Origin: Phoronis australis
Lineage: Eukaryota; Animalia; Phoronida
DNA: 49,229 bases
Reading direction: 5' to 3'
Assembly: GCA_002633005.1 (NCBI GenBank)
Contig: NMRA01000004.1
Coordinates: 1-49,229 of the forward strand
Shown: positions 1-11,257 of the stretch, piece by piece
Position numbering within the stretch: the stretch's first letter is position 1
Layout: each line of letters begins with the position of its first letter
The notes under the pieces: generated by a model
What the model was told of the DNA's origin: nothing
The model's database searches: none
The model's input: only the letters and a program-made list of their open reading frames with translations
Program-made: the position numbers and the translations under genes

Positions 1-3000
1 TGTTGACTGCTGGAGGGAACTGGTTCTGCACTACTGAATGATTCTGTTGCTGGTTTGTCCATGATATTGCCAACTGTAGCCGTTGTGTGAAGAACGGATG
101 CAGACAAAGCAAGAAGATCTAACCCTTTGTTATGGTTTTCTATGGGCGGCTCTTGAAGACTCATGGCTGGTGCTGTTGGCAGCGGCGGTGGGTTGACATT
201 AGCCACACAGGCCTGCATGCTGGCCGTTTGAAATGCTTCCTGCAGCTGGGTAGCTTGTGCCTGTCTCTCAGGCTGGTTAGATATGATCCGACCCAGTCGG
301 ATATCCTCACTGGTACCTGTCTTACGTGCACTGATAGGCACATTGAAGACAGGCTGCATGTTGGCAACATTTTCATCAACCACCACCCTGGACAGATCCT
401 TGTCTACCAATGGCTGGTCCTGTACAATGACACGGCTGCCTCTGGAGAACTCCTCACACAGTCTCATGGCGTCGGGCACCTGCAGATAACTAGCCACTGT
501 CCACATGCCCCACACGTTGTTCTTGTCCAGTCGCAGAGCGCCTGTGTACATGAATTCTATGATGTTGCTGACGTCCGCCAGGCGAATTCCTAAAAAAAAA
601 TAGTTAATTAGCATATTTAACACTCTGTGTTAAAGTTGTTATGTACCTACCATTTGGTATTAGAAGTCTTGTTTGAACTGGGGGGAAAACAGTACTGAAG
701 ACTGAAGTCGTGCGTAACATTACTCAGGCGTTTGCTATCATAACGCTATATAAACTACAAATTGTTTTACTTACTTTGTTTAAACAATGGAGTGCACAAT
801 GTCCTCTTTTTCCATTTTTTGCTCATTATTTTTTTGAATCTTTGATTTAATCGTATCAAGTGAATTCCTTGGATTTATTTGACGCAGTATTATATGTGGC
901 AATTTACAAATAGATACAAACTGGTAAAATATCTTCATGTAAGTAAAAAATTATAACACTGCTCTCCAAACTACTCGCTTCAACCTTCCTTATTAATGTT
1001 TTAAATATCAAATTTACATTTTGTACATACAGTAAATGAAACAATTTCGATGTTTCTGGTGGTTATTATTTTCTAAAACATACTCACCAGAAAGAACCTG
1101 TCTGTTTCCATGATGATAGTCAAATATGCCTTTGAAGAATTTGGATGCCCCATTCAGCACCAACTTATGAACTAGAAACTCCGATGTTGTACCTGAAACA
1201 ATGAAAAATTATAAACCCTTTGGACTTTGTCAACTATTGAAGTATATATATGCAGATTTACGAGCTTAGAATTTGGAATGTTGACAACATTTTTATTATT
1301 GCATATAAACTGAAACGAGGTATCATTTTGTACAAAAGGTGTACGGTGTGCTCCCATTCACAACCTTAAATAGGTCACAGTTTAAAGTTGATCTTCCCAT
1401 GAGAAACTAGGTTCTAAGCTCGTCGCATAGAGATCGGTAGATAGGCGTATCCATTGTTCGCTTTGTTTTTCTTTTTTACAATAAATATAATGGTAAGCAC
1501 CTATCAGTAACCGGCTGATGTGCGCCCACGGTACCATATTCGTGTGACCTGTATTGTTATACCCAACCAAGACCCAGCAAAGGAAAACAATGGTAGCGTC
1601 CTATGGGTGATAATCATGCAACGCTCTTACGCCCATCGCATAGATCTCGCAAGTTAAGCAATACTTTGCGACCACCATAAGACATCATTTGGCATGGGAA
1701 GTCATGTGCCCGAGGTTGCTACAGGACTTTAAAATTTGTGAATTCCAAGTGCAATGTGGATAACACAATCAGCAGAAAACAAAGAAACAAACATGAATTA
1801 AACTTATGTGATGTGTTTGGAGTACTCTGGAGTTCCGAATAGTAGTAGAGACAGCAATAATAGTATAGACTGGAAAATTTCACGATTTTAAATAATAGTA
1901 GAGACTCTAATAATAGTATAGACCCAACATTTTTGCCACTAGAAAAGTAGAATAATAGTATAGACCGGAAATTGTCGAAAAAAAATTAATAATAGTATAG
2001 AATGGAATAATGGTATAGACGGCAAATTTGTGGAAATTTAGACATAGTATAGACTGGAATAATAATATTGGTTACAAATTTAGGTAAAATCTAATAATGT
2101 TATAGAAGAGAATAATAATGCAAAACAGCAAATTCTTAGGAATAATGGTATAGACGGGAAATTTGTGGAAAATTAAAAATAATATAGACTGGAATAATAA
2201 CATTGATTACAAATTTGCGTAAAATGTAGTAACGGTAGATGGAAATAATAGGAAGTGCAAAATCTAATAATGATGTAGATGGGATTGGAATAATAATGCA
2301 AAGAAGCATATTCTGTCTGACTTACCACCGCTATAAGTAATTGTTTCAAAGAAAAACTTTTAAATTGAAAACTAGCATAGTTAAATTATTGCAGTGGTGT
2401 ATCCACCCATGCCATAACATAGTACAGTGAAGTGCAATAAAGTGTCATTGCTAAAACAAAGACCATTCGTTTATTCAATAACTTTAAATGGAAGTCTGTA
2501 TAGATGTGTTTCAAACAGTATGCATTATCATTTTACTCAAAAAAGAATGTGACATTCATACTAGGATGCCAATGTCGACTAAGTCCAAAAATTATAACAA
2601 GGAGGTAAAAATTTCAGCAGCAACGTCTAGTTTTCCACGAAGCCGACAGTATGAATAAGGACAATAAAGTGTGTTGGTAAAACGACTCGCATTTTTATCA
2701 TACATATTCCTGACAGTCGAACCTTTGTTTCTCTCAATCTCCTTGCACAACGTTCATAGTCAATACCCTCGGAATGATAGTCAGAATTCGACGTCAAAAA
2801 GTCGGTACATCCAAAATTTTACACGACCAGAAATTGAGATTTCTTGCAGAATTGCAAAACATTCGAGTCCACGACCACAACTACGTCCACCATTTTGAAT
2901 GTCTAATTAGGTATAATAAACAAACCGATTCACGTGCGCTTTTCCATTTATTTGGACGGGAAAGCAAGTAGAAATGAATTTCAATAGATATAGACTGGAT

Positions 3001-6000
3001 TGTCGAACGTTAGCAACTATGTCATTTTCAAGATTGTCACAGGTCCATTCTTCCTGTTCATAAAAACAATCTATTCTCAAGTTTGGAGCGAATTGTAACA
3101 ATGCTGATGTCCGATGTTGTCGGCAACTTGTTGGTACTTTGTCTTTGACTTGTTGATTCTAGGAACCTGGCTCCTAGATTGATTGAAAGGCTCGGCAATG
3201 TTCATTAACTGCACGGGTATTTGTGCTTCGTCGACTTGCCGCGTTATCACCACAGTCCGTATCTATAGCCGGATTATTTGTCGTACCAGCATCTGAATCA
3301 ATGTCTGTCTCTGGAACATCTCTCGGTTTGTAAAATAATCCTCGAATTCTTTAGGTCTTTGCGCGGCAGACGACATGATTAAGTATGTAGAATGCGCACG
3401 TCAATAATGACGAAAACCGCAGATGACACTGGCTGTGCAAAATCCTGGAATTACTCCCCTGGAAACCCAAACTTCGGGGACAGACACAGTGAAGACTTGG
3501 TACGGCTTGCCAGTTTTTCACAGGGTGCAATCATAAATATTGGATCACCCAAAGAAAATCGTCGAAAGCGTTTTTTTTTTCGTATTTACGTTGAGCTGGC
3601 AGTAGCACCGGTCTGTGTCACGGGGCGGGCGGAATATTGAAAAATGCATTTTTTGTGCATTAAATTCATCATTTCTGAAATTACTGATGGCCTATTTCTT
3701 TGAGCAGTCAGACGTTAATATTAAGAGAAGTGGTAATCATTTCATGCTTTTTAAATTTTGCCAACACTTTCTTAATTCTGACCGAACACGTCCAAAATAA
3801 CATTCTGGCCGTCCAACAGAAAGCCGTTGCGTAAACCGTTGCTTGGGAGTCCGATTATTTTACGCTTTGAAACGTACAGTTGTATATTTTGGCGAATAAA
3901 ATCTTTTAATGTGTATGACATGTGACTTCCGTGTGTAACGCGCAGTCGTATATAGCTCTTCTAAATTACGAATTCAGAACCTAGTGTCTCGTGGTCTAGA
4001 GGTTTAGAGCGAAGACACCACATTTTACGGCCAAGGTACGATACCTGGTGTCTATAGCTAAGTTTTGGAGTAACAAATTTGTAATGAATAAAACAAAAAT
4101 TGAGAACTTGCTGAAACAAATAATCGTGGAAAGTGGAAAAAAGTTAGAAAATTAATAAAAGTAGAGACCCGAATAAGCGTCGTATAGACCGGAAAACGAG
4201 TCTGAAAAAAATAATCGTATATACACGACTATTCGGAACTCGAGAGTACAGCTCTTAGTATAACAACACCATAAATATACAAATGTAATGAACGATTAGG
4301 CTTACTCAAATGCGTCTATGCCATGGCAAAAATCCTTATACAGTATTCTATTTCAGACGCCTATTCATTATTACTGTATTCGCCGTAATAATCGCCCAGG
4401 GCGCTTAGAAAAGTTCGTTTCAGGGGGGGCGCTTATTATAACCAAAGGCCGCTGAAACCCGGTCTCCGAAACGGGTGAAATCGGAAGCTAAGATTCATCA
4501 TATTTACACTCTGTGACGTATCTGTAATCTATGAAAGACTTTCTACAAAACCATGGTGCATTGCTATCAAACTTTGCTGCTAAATTACGATCATTTTACA
4601 GAAAATTGTGCTGAAGTCCCAGGGCGAAAACTCACTGACTGCCTGCCTTGCAATCGTTGATATGGCGACTTGAATGCTTGAATAAAAATAGTTTCAACTC
4701 AAGCAAATTACCTGAAATCCTCCTTAAGGTTTCCAAGTAGCGTCCCTCAGATTTTTAAGTTCCCGTGGAGTCGGGATCACGGCTGGTTTAAGTACAAATT
4801 TATGCTAATACATCGTGCAATCTACATGTATGATCGGCAACATGAGAAAAATGTCTGGACGAACACACATGTTGTTGTCACGTGACGTTTGTTCTTAAGT
4901 TGTCTGCGTTTTGAGTAAGTGAGCGTGTGCGTGTCACCAGAGTTCATTTGCCAGAGCAGATACCGTCTTTTGGCCAGAGCCACGCAATCTAACGAGCTAG
5001 ATGTGCATTGCATCTAAATAAATTTGCACAAGCAGTAGGCCTAAACCCGAGCGTGTTTCATTCAGCACTTGCCGGTCTCATGTGCTAAAAACGTTCGACA
5101 TTTGTCTCGGTAAGGCCACATTAGTCACCGTGTGGCTGGATGCGGCGTACGTGACTATCTGACACTTATTTTTTGGTGTAAGGGTGTGTAAACATTCACT
5201 GTCAGTGATCATTTTATCGGATATTTGGCTTAAAAACACCAATTATGGTTAATCAAACAATTCATCTTAAAAATAACGCAAACATTTTTTATAGTATTAG
5301 AAACTGTCGGAAATTAGTGCCAACATTCATTTCTTGCCGATGCTATACTACCCGTTTCATGAATGGATAGTTCCAGACTAATGTCTTTGATGACAGGTTC
5401 ATGTATGTAGTGCACGCTTCCTGGCCACGTGCTTTTAACACTGGCCAAGCTTTTTATTAGTCTTTGATTCGCGGTTTTCACGTGTAGGCGTACAAAGAAA
5501 TTAGGATTCCTGTTGAAAGCGGGAAATATCTACAAAGTAATCCTGTAGACAAGCACAATACTTCTGTTCTGAAAGGCCAGACCATTGGTCCTCGCCATAT
5601 CAGCAGAACTTTTGTGTTCGTTTTGAGGCATGCCGCCATGGCGGAAGTTTGAAGTGTATAGTCATGGCTAAATACCGACATAGCGGCGAGGCTTGTGGTC
5701 TACAAATTCTGCGCACAATGATTTTTTTCAGGACTGTCGGACATTATTGATAAGTTGGAAGACGTTACTGTAGAATTTTAGGACTAGGTAAGGCATTTTT
5801 TGCACGTACACGTTCATGGACTGGGCGCTTATTTTAGCAAAGTTTGAAAACGCGTGGGGGGCGCTTATAGGGGCATGGGCGGTTATTACGTCGAATACAG
5901 TAATATTAGGAAAACTGTTCTTTGATTTCTCAGTGACACAACAGGCAAAAAACTAGTACACAATCATTTGACAAACTTATGCCTAAGTGATTAAATCATG

Positions 6001-7153
6001 CTAGCTGTTAAAGTATTGCCAGGGGTATCTTGATACGCAAGTACAATAACAAAGTTCTCTTCAAAATGTCTTTAAAATAACTGTGCTCAATTCGGTGGCC
6101 TGCAGGTCACCAATGCGACTTCAGAGGTGACCAGAAAAAATCCCAAGCCACCGCGAAGTCGCCACAGCGACAGTTTTCCTAGACTTAATACCTTTAGTTC
6201 ACAATTACTCCACTTAGTTCATGAAATCAGTGCATTTGCAACCCTCAGCACACATGAAACACATGCTTAAATTACAACAGATGGAAGTTGGAATTGTAAA
6301 GATCGAACCATGAAACATGTGTCTCCAGTGTATGCAATCATCTGCATTCTTCGTCGGCAGGAGGGATTGAGTTAGAGATTGAATGGTGCATATTTTTACA
6401 GGATTTTTTAGTTGACGATTTTAACGTAAGTTTGGCGACCTCCAATTTCGTTTGGCGACCAAGATTTTCACCTGAGAAATACGTGTGCATTTCACAGCTG
6501 CTGTTTACCCCTGTATAGCTGTTCAATAATAAATTCATAACCCTAGTGCTTTGGGCTTTAAAAACTTAAGCATGCTCATCCAATCTTAAATATATGCTGA
6601 ATGAACTGGCAACTCAACCAACAGAGAAAATATACATGCTCCATTTTCAAATTCACAATTTTAGGGTTGGGCAACTACTATGAACTCTGAAGTGTTTTCC
6701 TCGTGTCAATAATGATTTCAATGTTCTTGTTGGTAATGGAAATATAATCTAATCACAGCAAGGAATACCACGAGATCAATTTTATGAGAATAAAAGACCT
6801 AATTTGACTTTCATTTTTAGCCAGCAAAACAAGTTTTAAATTTTATGTCGCAGTAAGATTGCATCGTCACAAAAACATACTCTAACTGAAGCACCAAGTT
6901 TATAATCTAGCAAATGTACTTAGCATGACAAATGGATGGCAAAATTCTCAGTCAAACGTTTGTTTCACTAACCATATGAACGTTGAACTAACTCACCATC
7001 TAAAGAAGACTCGACAGCTATGATGAAGTCACATCCAATATGTTGTTGATACATACGGTAGAAGGTATCCAGCATAGTGACAGCATGATCAGGGGACTTA
7101 ACCACGACACTGGCATCAGTGACAGGGGGATGACGGGGGGTTGGGTGGTGCAT
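1..7153 (-). CDS. BTB/POZ-domain protein (ZBTB-like N-terminus), 5' part; continues beyond the left edge
   Basis: Three GT-AG exons joined in frame on the minus strand: 7153-6973 (MHHPTP...HAVTMLDTFYRMYQQHIGCDFIIAV), 1192-1088 (EFLVHKLVLNGASKFFKGIF) and 589-1 (IIEFMYTGALRLDKNNVWGMWTVASYLQVPDAMRLCEEF followed by an open low-complexity linker). These are canonical BTB motifs. C-terminal domains are outside the window; the start ATG is the first in-frame one after the acceptor near 7183. Confidence 0.88.
1825..4246. mobile_element. Non-autonomous TA-flanked TIR DNA transposon (Tc1/mariner superfamily-like), intronic
   Basis: TIRs CTCTGGAGTTCCGAATAGT / ACTATTCGGAACTCGAGAG, TA on both sides (1823-24, 4247-48). 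Many subterminal AATAATAGTATAGAC-like direct repeats at ~1840-2300 and a few near the right end. Confidence 0.8.
4374..5900. mobile_element. Non-autonomous Tc1/mariner (pogo/Tc2-like) DNA transposon, intronic
   Basis: ~25-bp TIRs CTGTATTCGCCGTAATAATCGCCCA / TGGGCGGTTATTACGTCGAATACAG with TA TSD (4372-73, 5901-02). Subterminal GGGCGCTTA repeats at both ends. Confidence 0.85.
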
Positions 7154-8199
7154 TGGCACACCAGTGTAAGCTGACTGCAAGTTCTGAAACAAGTGAATTA
7201 TGTGTTCCAGAGGTACCTCGTCAGTAATTAGTAAGTACCTACAGTGATTCTCCACTGATTTCACCCAAAAATAATAGCCAAAAATTGTCATTTTTAATTT
7301 TTCCATTTTCAAATGTTGATTACTTTACTGCAAATTTGGATGGAAAATTTATGAAAAGTTGTTTGATGACATCTACACAACAGAAATCATCCTAGTGTAA
7401 AAATTTCTCATTAATTTCTTTATTTTTGTGGATAAATTTGACAGAATAGAATTATTTCACTTGTCGGTCACCGAAAAGGTAAAGTTGGCAGTCATGCCCA
7501 TTAGGTAACACCTAACACCTACTCCTACAAATATAACGTATCACATTAACGAATACAGCTGATTATGAAATATCTGGTGAGATTTATGTCATGTCCCAGA
7601 TTCAGGTCACTGAATTTCAGTCTAAAAATTCATACTCTTGCTAAAAATGTTGTGAACAAACAATAATTTATCAGAAAAAGTCAAAGAGGGCAGTTTGTCA
7701 GCTCAGTCTATGCAATGGCACAATGATGACAGGTTTCAGCAAGATACATCTCTCTTTCTCAGTAGGAGAAAAAATCACCATGACAACGTGGCTCATGAGA
7801 CAAGTCAGTGACTGATGGAAGAGGGCTATTTTACATGCAGGTTTCAATGCTAACGAGTAAGATAACACACACTGGTGTTGGCTTGTAAATGCAATGAGGT
7901 GATCTTGGTGCATTTTAGCTAAGTAGAATGTTTTATGCAAAATAAAGTTCTGTTTTTGTCAGTCATTAAAACAATGCAAAAATAAGACCTGCATTTACTT
8001 TTCACATGTTCAGGCTAGTTGTGAGCTGAGAGTACACTTTGATGAAAGGTGGACTTAGGGTGCATGATTGAATTGTGGGGGTGATCTGGAAACATGATGG
8101 TAGTGAATGATGACAGCTGAGCAGAGGTTCTAACCAAAGACTGGACATGTGCAATGACATCAGGAGGAACCACTAGAAAGTAAACAGCAAATGAACTTG

Positions 8200-8360
8200 A
8201 GTCTACCTAGTACACGTAGTCGCAAGGTGGAGTTTTGTATGCAGTTGTCTTAACTTTGATAGAAATTTTAAGAAAGGTTGGATATGAACTGCATTAAAGT
8301 GAAAAAAGGACAAAAATTGGAATTTGGGAGTGTTGTATGATGCGACTTCCGGTGTAATGT
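8200..8360 (-). promoter_or_regulatory. Possible non-coding first exon and promoter of the BTB gene
   Basis: ETS-type CCGGAAGT motif (minus strand, ~8345-8352) and a candidate donor AG|GTAGAC near 8207, upstream of the first coding exon. Inference only. Confidence 0.3.
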
Positions 8361-9077
8361 ACAGTCCGGTATTAAAATCCTTCAAAACCGCTTGCGAATT
8401 GCCTACTGGTTGATAAGTTTGGACACTCAGCTTACACGCAGCCGATAGCAGAGTCAAGTCTTGGTACTGGTAGATATTTCAATACTGGTAACAAAAATGA
8501 GACCCACAAAAACCTCGAGAGGTAGGCTTCCAAGTGGTGGAAGGAAAGGGTAACTGCCTTTGGTGGTGGTGGATACTGACCACAAGGACAGTGTCGCTGA
8601 GTACTAAGTCCAGGACACAGGGAGCAAATTCCAGGATGCTAAGGGTGTTGATAAGGTTTGCAACCAGGAAGCGTGCCTGTTCTGAGGAAGGAGTATTATA
8701 TCTGACTTATAGGTGTGACGCAGTTGAATAAAGCTTTTAAATCGTCTGCCAATGGGCACAATCAATACCACCACATGGACAATGCCTCTTAGCAAAACGG
8801 TTTGGATCCCTTATTTTCATGTTTATGGTACCTAATTTGATTCTCACTATTGGTAAATTTTTCGATATGAATCAGAAACACCTGCATGTGGATCTAAACA
8901 GTCTCTTTCCTATTGCTCACTAAGGTCAATTTCACAGTCCGGGGGAAACTGCAATACCAGACTAAGCTCTGTTCTCCTTGAGTACTTTCTGGATGCGCAT
9001 TATTTTAAATATATGATTTTTTTTCGTCCAATTAACAACAAAGAATTAAGAAAATTTGGAATTTTCAACGCTTCAGT

Positions 9078-10571
9078 TAGGGAGGACAATCAGAAATATG
9101 GTGCTCCATATTCGCCTCCATGTAAAACCCACATCGGTAAATTACCCGATTTCAGACTTCAAAGTAAACTATAAGACAATTTTGTGTTATAAATCATTAC
9201 CTTAGTCTTTATTTATAAGTTTGTAATCTTTTTGTCACGAATTATCGCTGATAAATCATTTTTTGTAAGCTTTTTTAGTGCACGATATTCCGCCATGCGC
9301 TCAACTTTCGAAAAAGTGCCTCTTGTTCCTCCTATCCAAAAGACCACTATACTCTCGATTACAAAAATGAAATTTGGACAGGATGTAGTTTAGATGTGTG
9401 CGCATCTTCTCAAGTTCTTTTCTCGAAGTCAAGGCAAGTTTCCATGGCGAGTTTTCGATCGTCCGGAAGGCCTAATTTTGATCGGTCGAAAGAGTGATGT
9501 TTTTGCAGTTAGGCAATATGTCCCCCCGATTTTTAGATGAAAAATTTATCACTCTTTTAATTGGTAATTATTTCGTTTTCAGAAATTCTGTCAAACTGCT
9601 GCACATTGGCACTTTTCAAACAGCAGTCGTTAGTTCACTAAGTCGCCGCATGTCAGCGCCACCAGTGGCTACGTTGAAGTTCAATGGCATCGCAACTTTA
9701 CCCTTCGAAATAAAGTTGTTACAAAGAGTTTTTGTTGTGTAAATGATGAAATCCTTCATGTTAAGAGTGGTTTGTTTTCCCAAATGATCTTCTGTCTACT
9801 TTATGGTGTTTTTTGCCATGATACGATCTAATAGTACATGGGTGGCACCACAGCACTGAAAAAAGTGGGGCGCTATAGCCTCCCCCGCCCAGCCCCCTGT
9901 CTGGCTATGATGTGCTGCCCATGTAGTAGCACTTAGGGGAAGATCCAGAATTTTTAGATAGGAGGGGGGCAGGGCAGAGTATTAAGTAGGATTTTACTCG
10001 TAAGATATTTGCATCCTCGAACCGGCAAACTGCCAAATGAAACCTGGGAGTGTTTTAAGGGGGGCATGGGCTGGCCCCCTTGCCCCCCTCCCCCAAATCC
10101 ACCAATGTTATCTTGTGGTTTGATGTGAAATTTCCTCTTAGCTCACATGTAGTTATTTCTAAGCTGATGTGGTGTCTTTGGTCTTTTCCTTTTATGCTGT
10201 GAAATCCATTGTTTTCATCAAACATGGGGTTGATGCGGCTGAGCCAGTGTTATGCTAACAACCCCCTTAAACAGCAACATCTCTGTAAATATCTATCTAA
10301 ATTTTATATAATACACACCACCATGTTTGTCTCAATGACACGAATCTTTTTATATGCAGCACATGTATATTCTTTTATTTTTTATGAAATTATATAAAAA
10401 GGCAGACATTTTACAAATAATTGTCGCGTTTACACGGCCATTTCCTCGGTAACCGCTCAACCAATTTTTCTGATTTTTGCACCATTTCATTTCTCACAAC
10501 AAGGGCTTTTCAAAAATGTATGACACATGGCCATGGGCATTGTAAAGAAAAATTAAAAAACGTCTTCCCTA
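9078..10571. mobile_element. Non-autonomous hAT-like DNA transposon with 7-bp TSD
   Basis: TIRs TAGGGAGGAC / GTCTTCCCTA flanked by the direct repeat CTTCAGT (9071-77 and 10572-78). A second copy is present in inverted orientation from 11395. Confidence 0.75.
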
Positions 10572-11257
10572 CTTCAGTATTAATTCAAAAAAGAAGAATT
10601 TGCAATGTTTCCACCATACTGTCTTTAAATGGCCAATTCATTTACTAATATTGGCATACACAGAACCCATCTGGCTATAGGCTAGGCCATACTGGTCAAC
10701 AGCTGAGCACCTGGGCTGGAGTACAGGGTGGTTGGTAAAATAAAATGCCAAAATGGATCATCCAAGATAAAAATATGGAACAATCAGGCAGACATTAAAA
10801 GACTGCAAAGGACATCTAAAACTCGTTGCCCATAACCTTAACTGCACATATTACCTGCAAGACATTGGAAGCTTCAATGATTGACGAATCCATTGCACTG
10901 ACAAATAGTGATCCAAAAAAGAAAGAATTAGTGAAAAACCGCGGACATGTTGTATCTAAAGCTACTAAGTGATTGCTACGGTAGTTTCAAATATACTAAA
11001 ATATATTTTGTCTCGTTGTTATATTCAATAATAGCATGAACATATAGTTTATGACAACATACCTTGTGTTTATTATTTTCTAATACTGTAATAAAAGAAG
11101 TGAAGTAATATAAAATTACGAAGTTGTTATCCGAATCAAAAACATCGATTACACCATATCCGGTTGCAATCTTCAACACATGGCAGTCAAATTTCCGAAC
11201 TTTTTTTAAAATTTGTTGAAAGATACGTAAATTCAGTGAGGCCTATAGAGTCTTATC

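Noticed and set aside
132-593. 153-aa plus-strand ORF
   Set aside because: Antisense shadow of the minus-strand BTB exon 589-1; no recognisable protein features.
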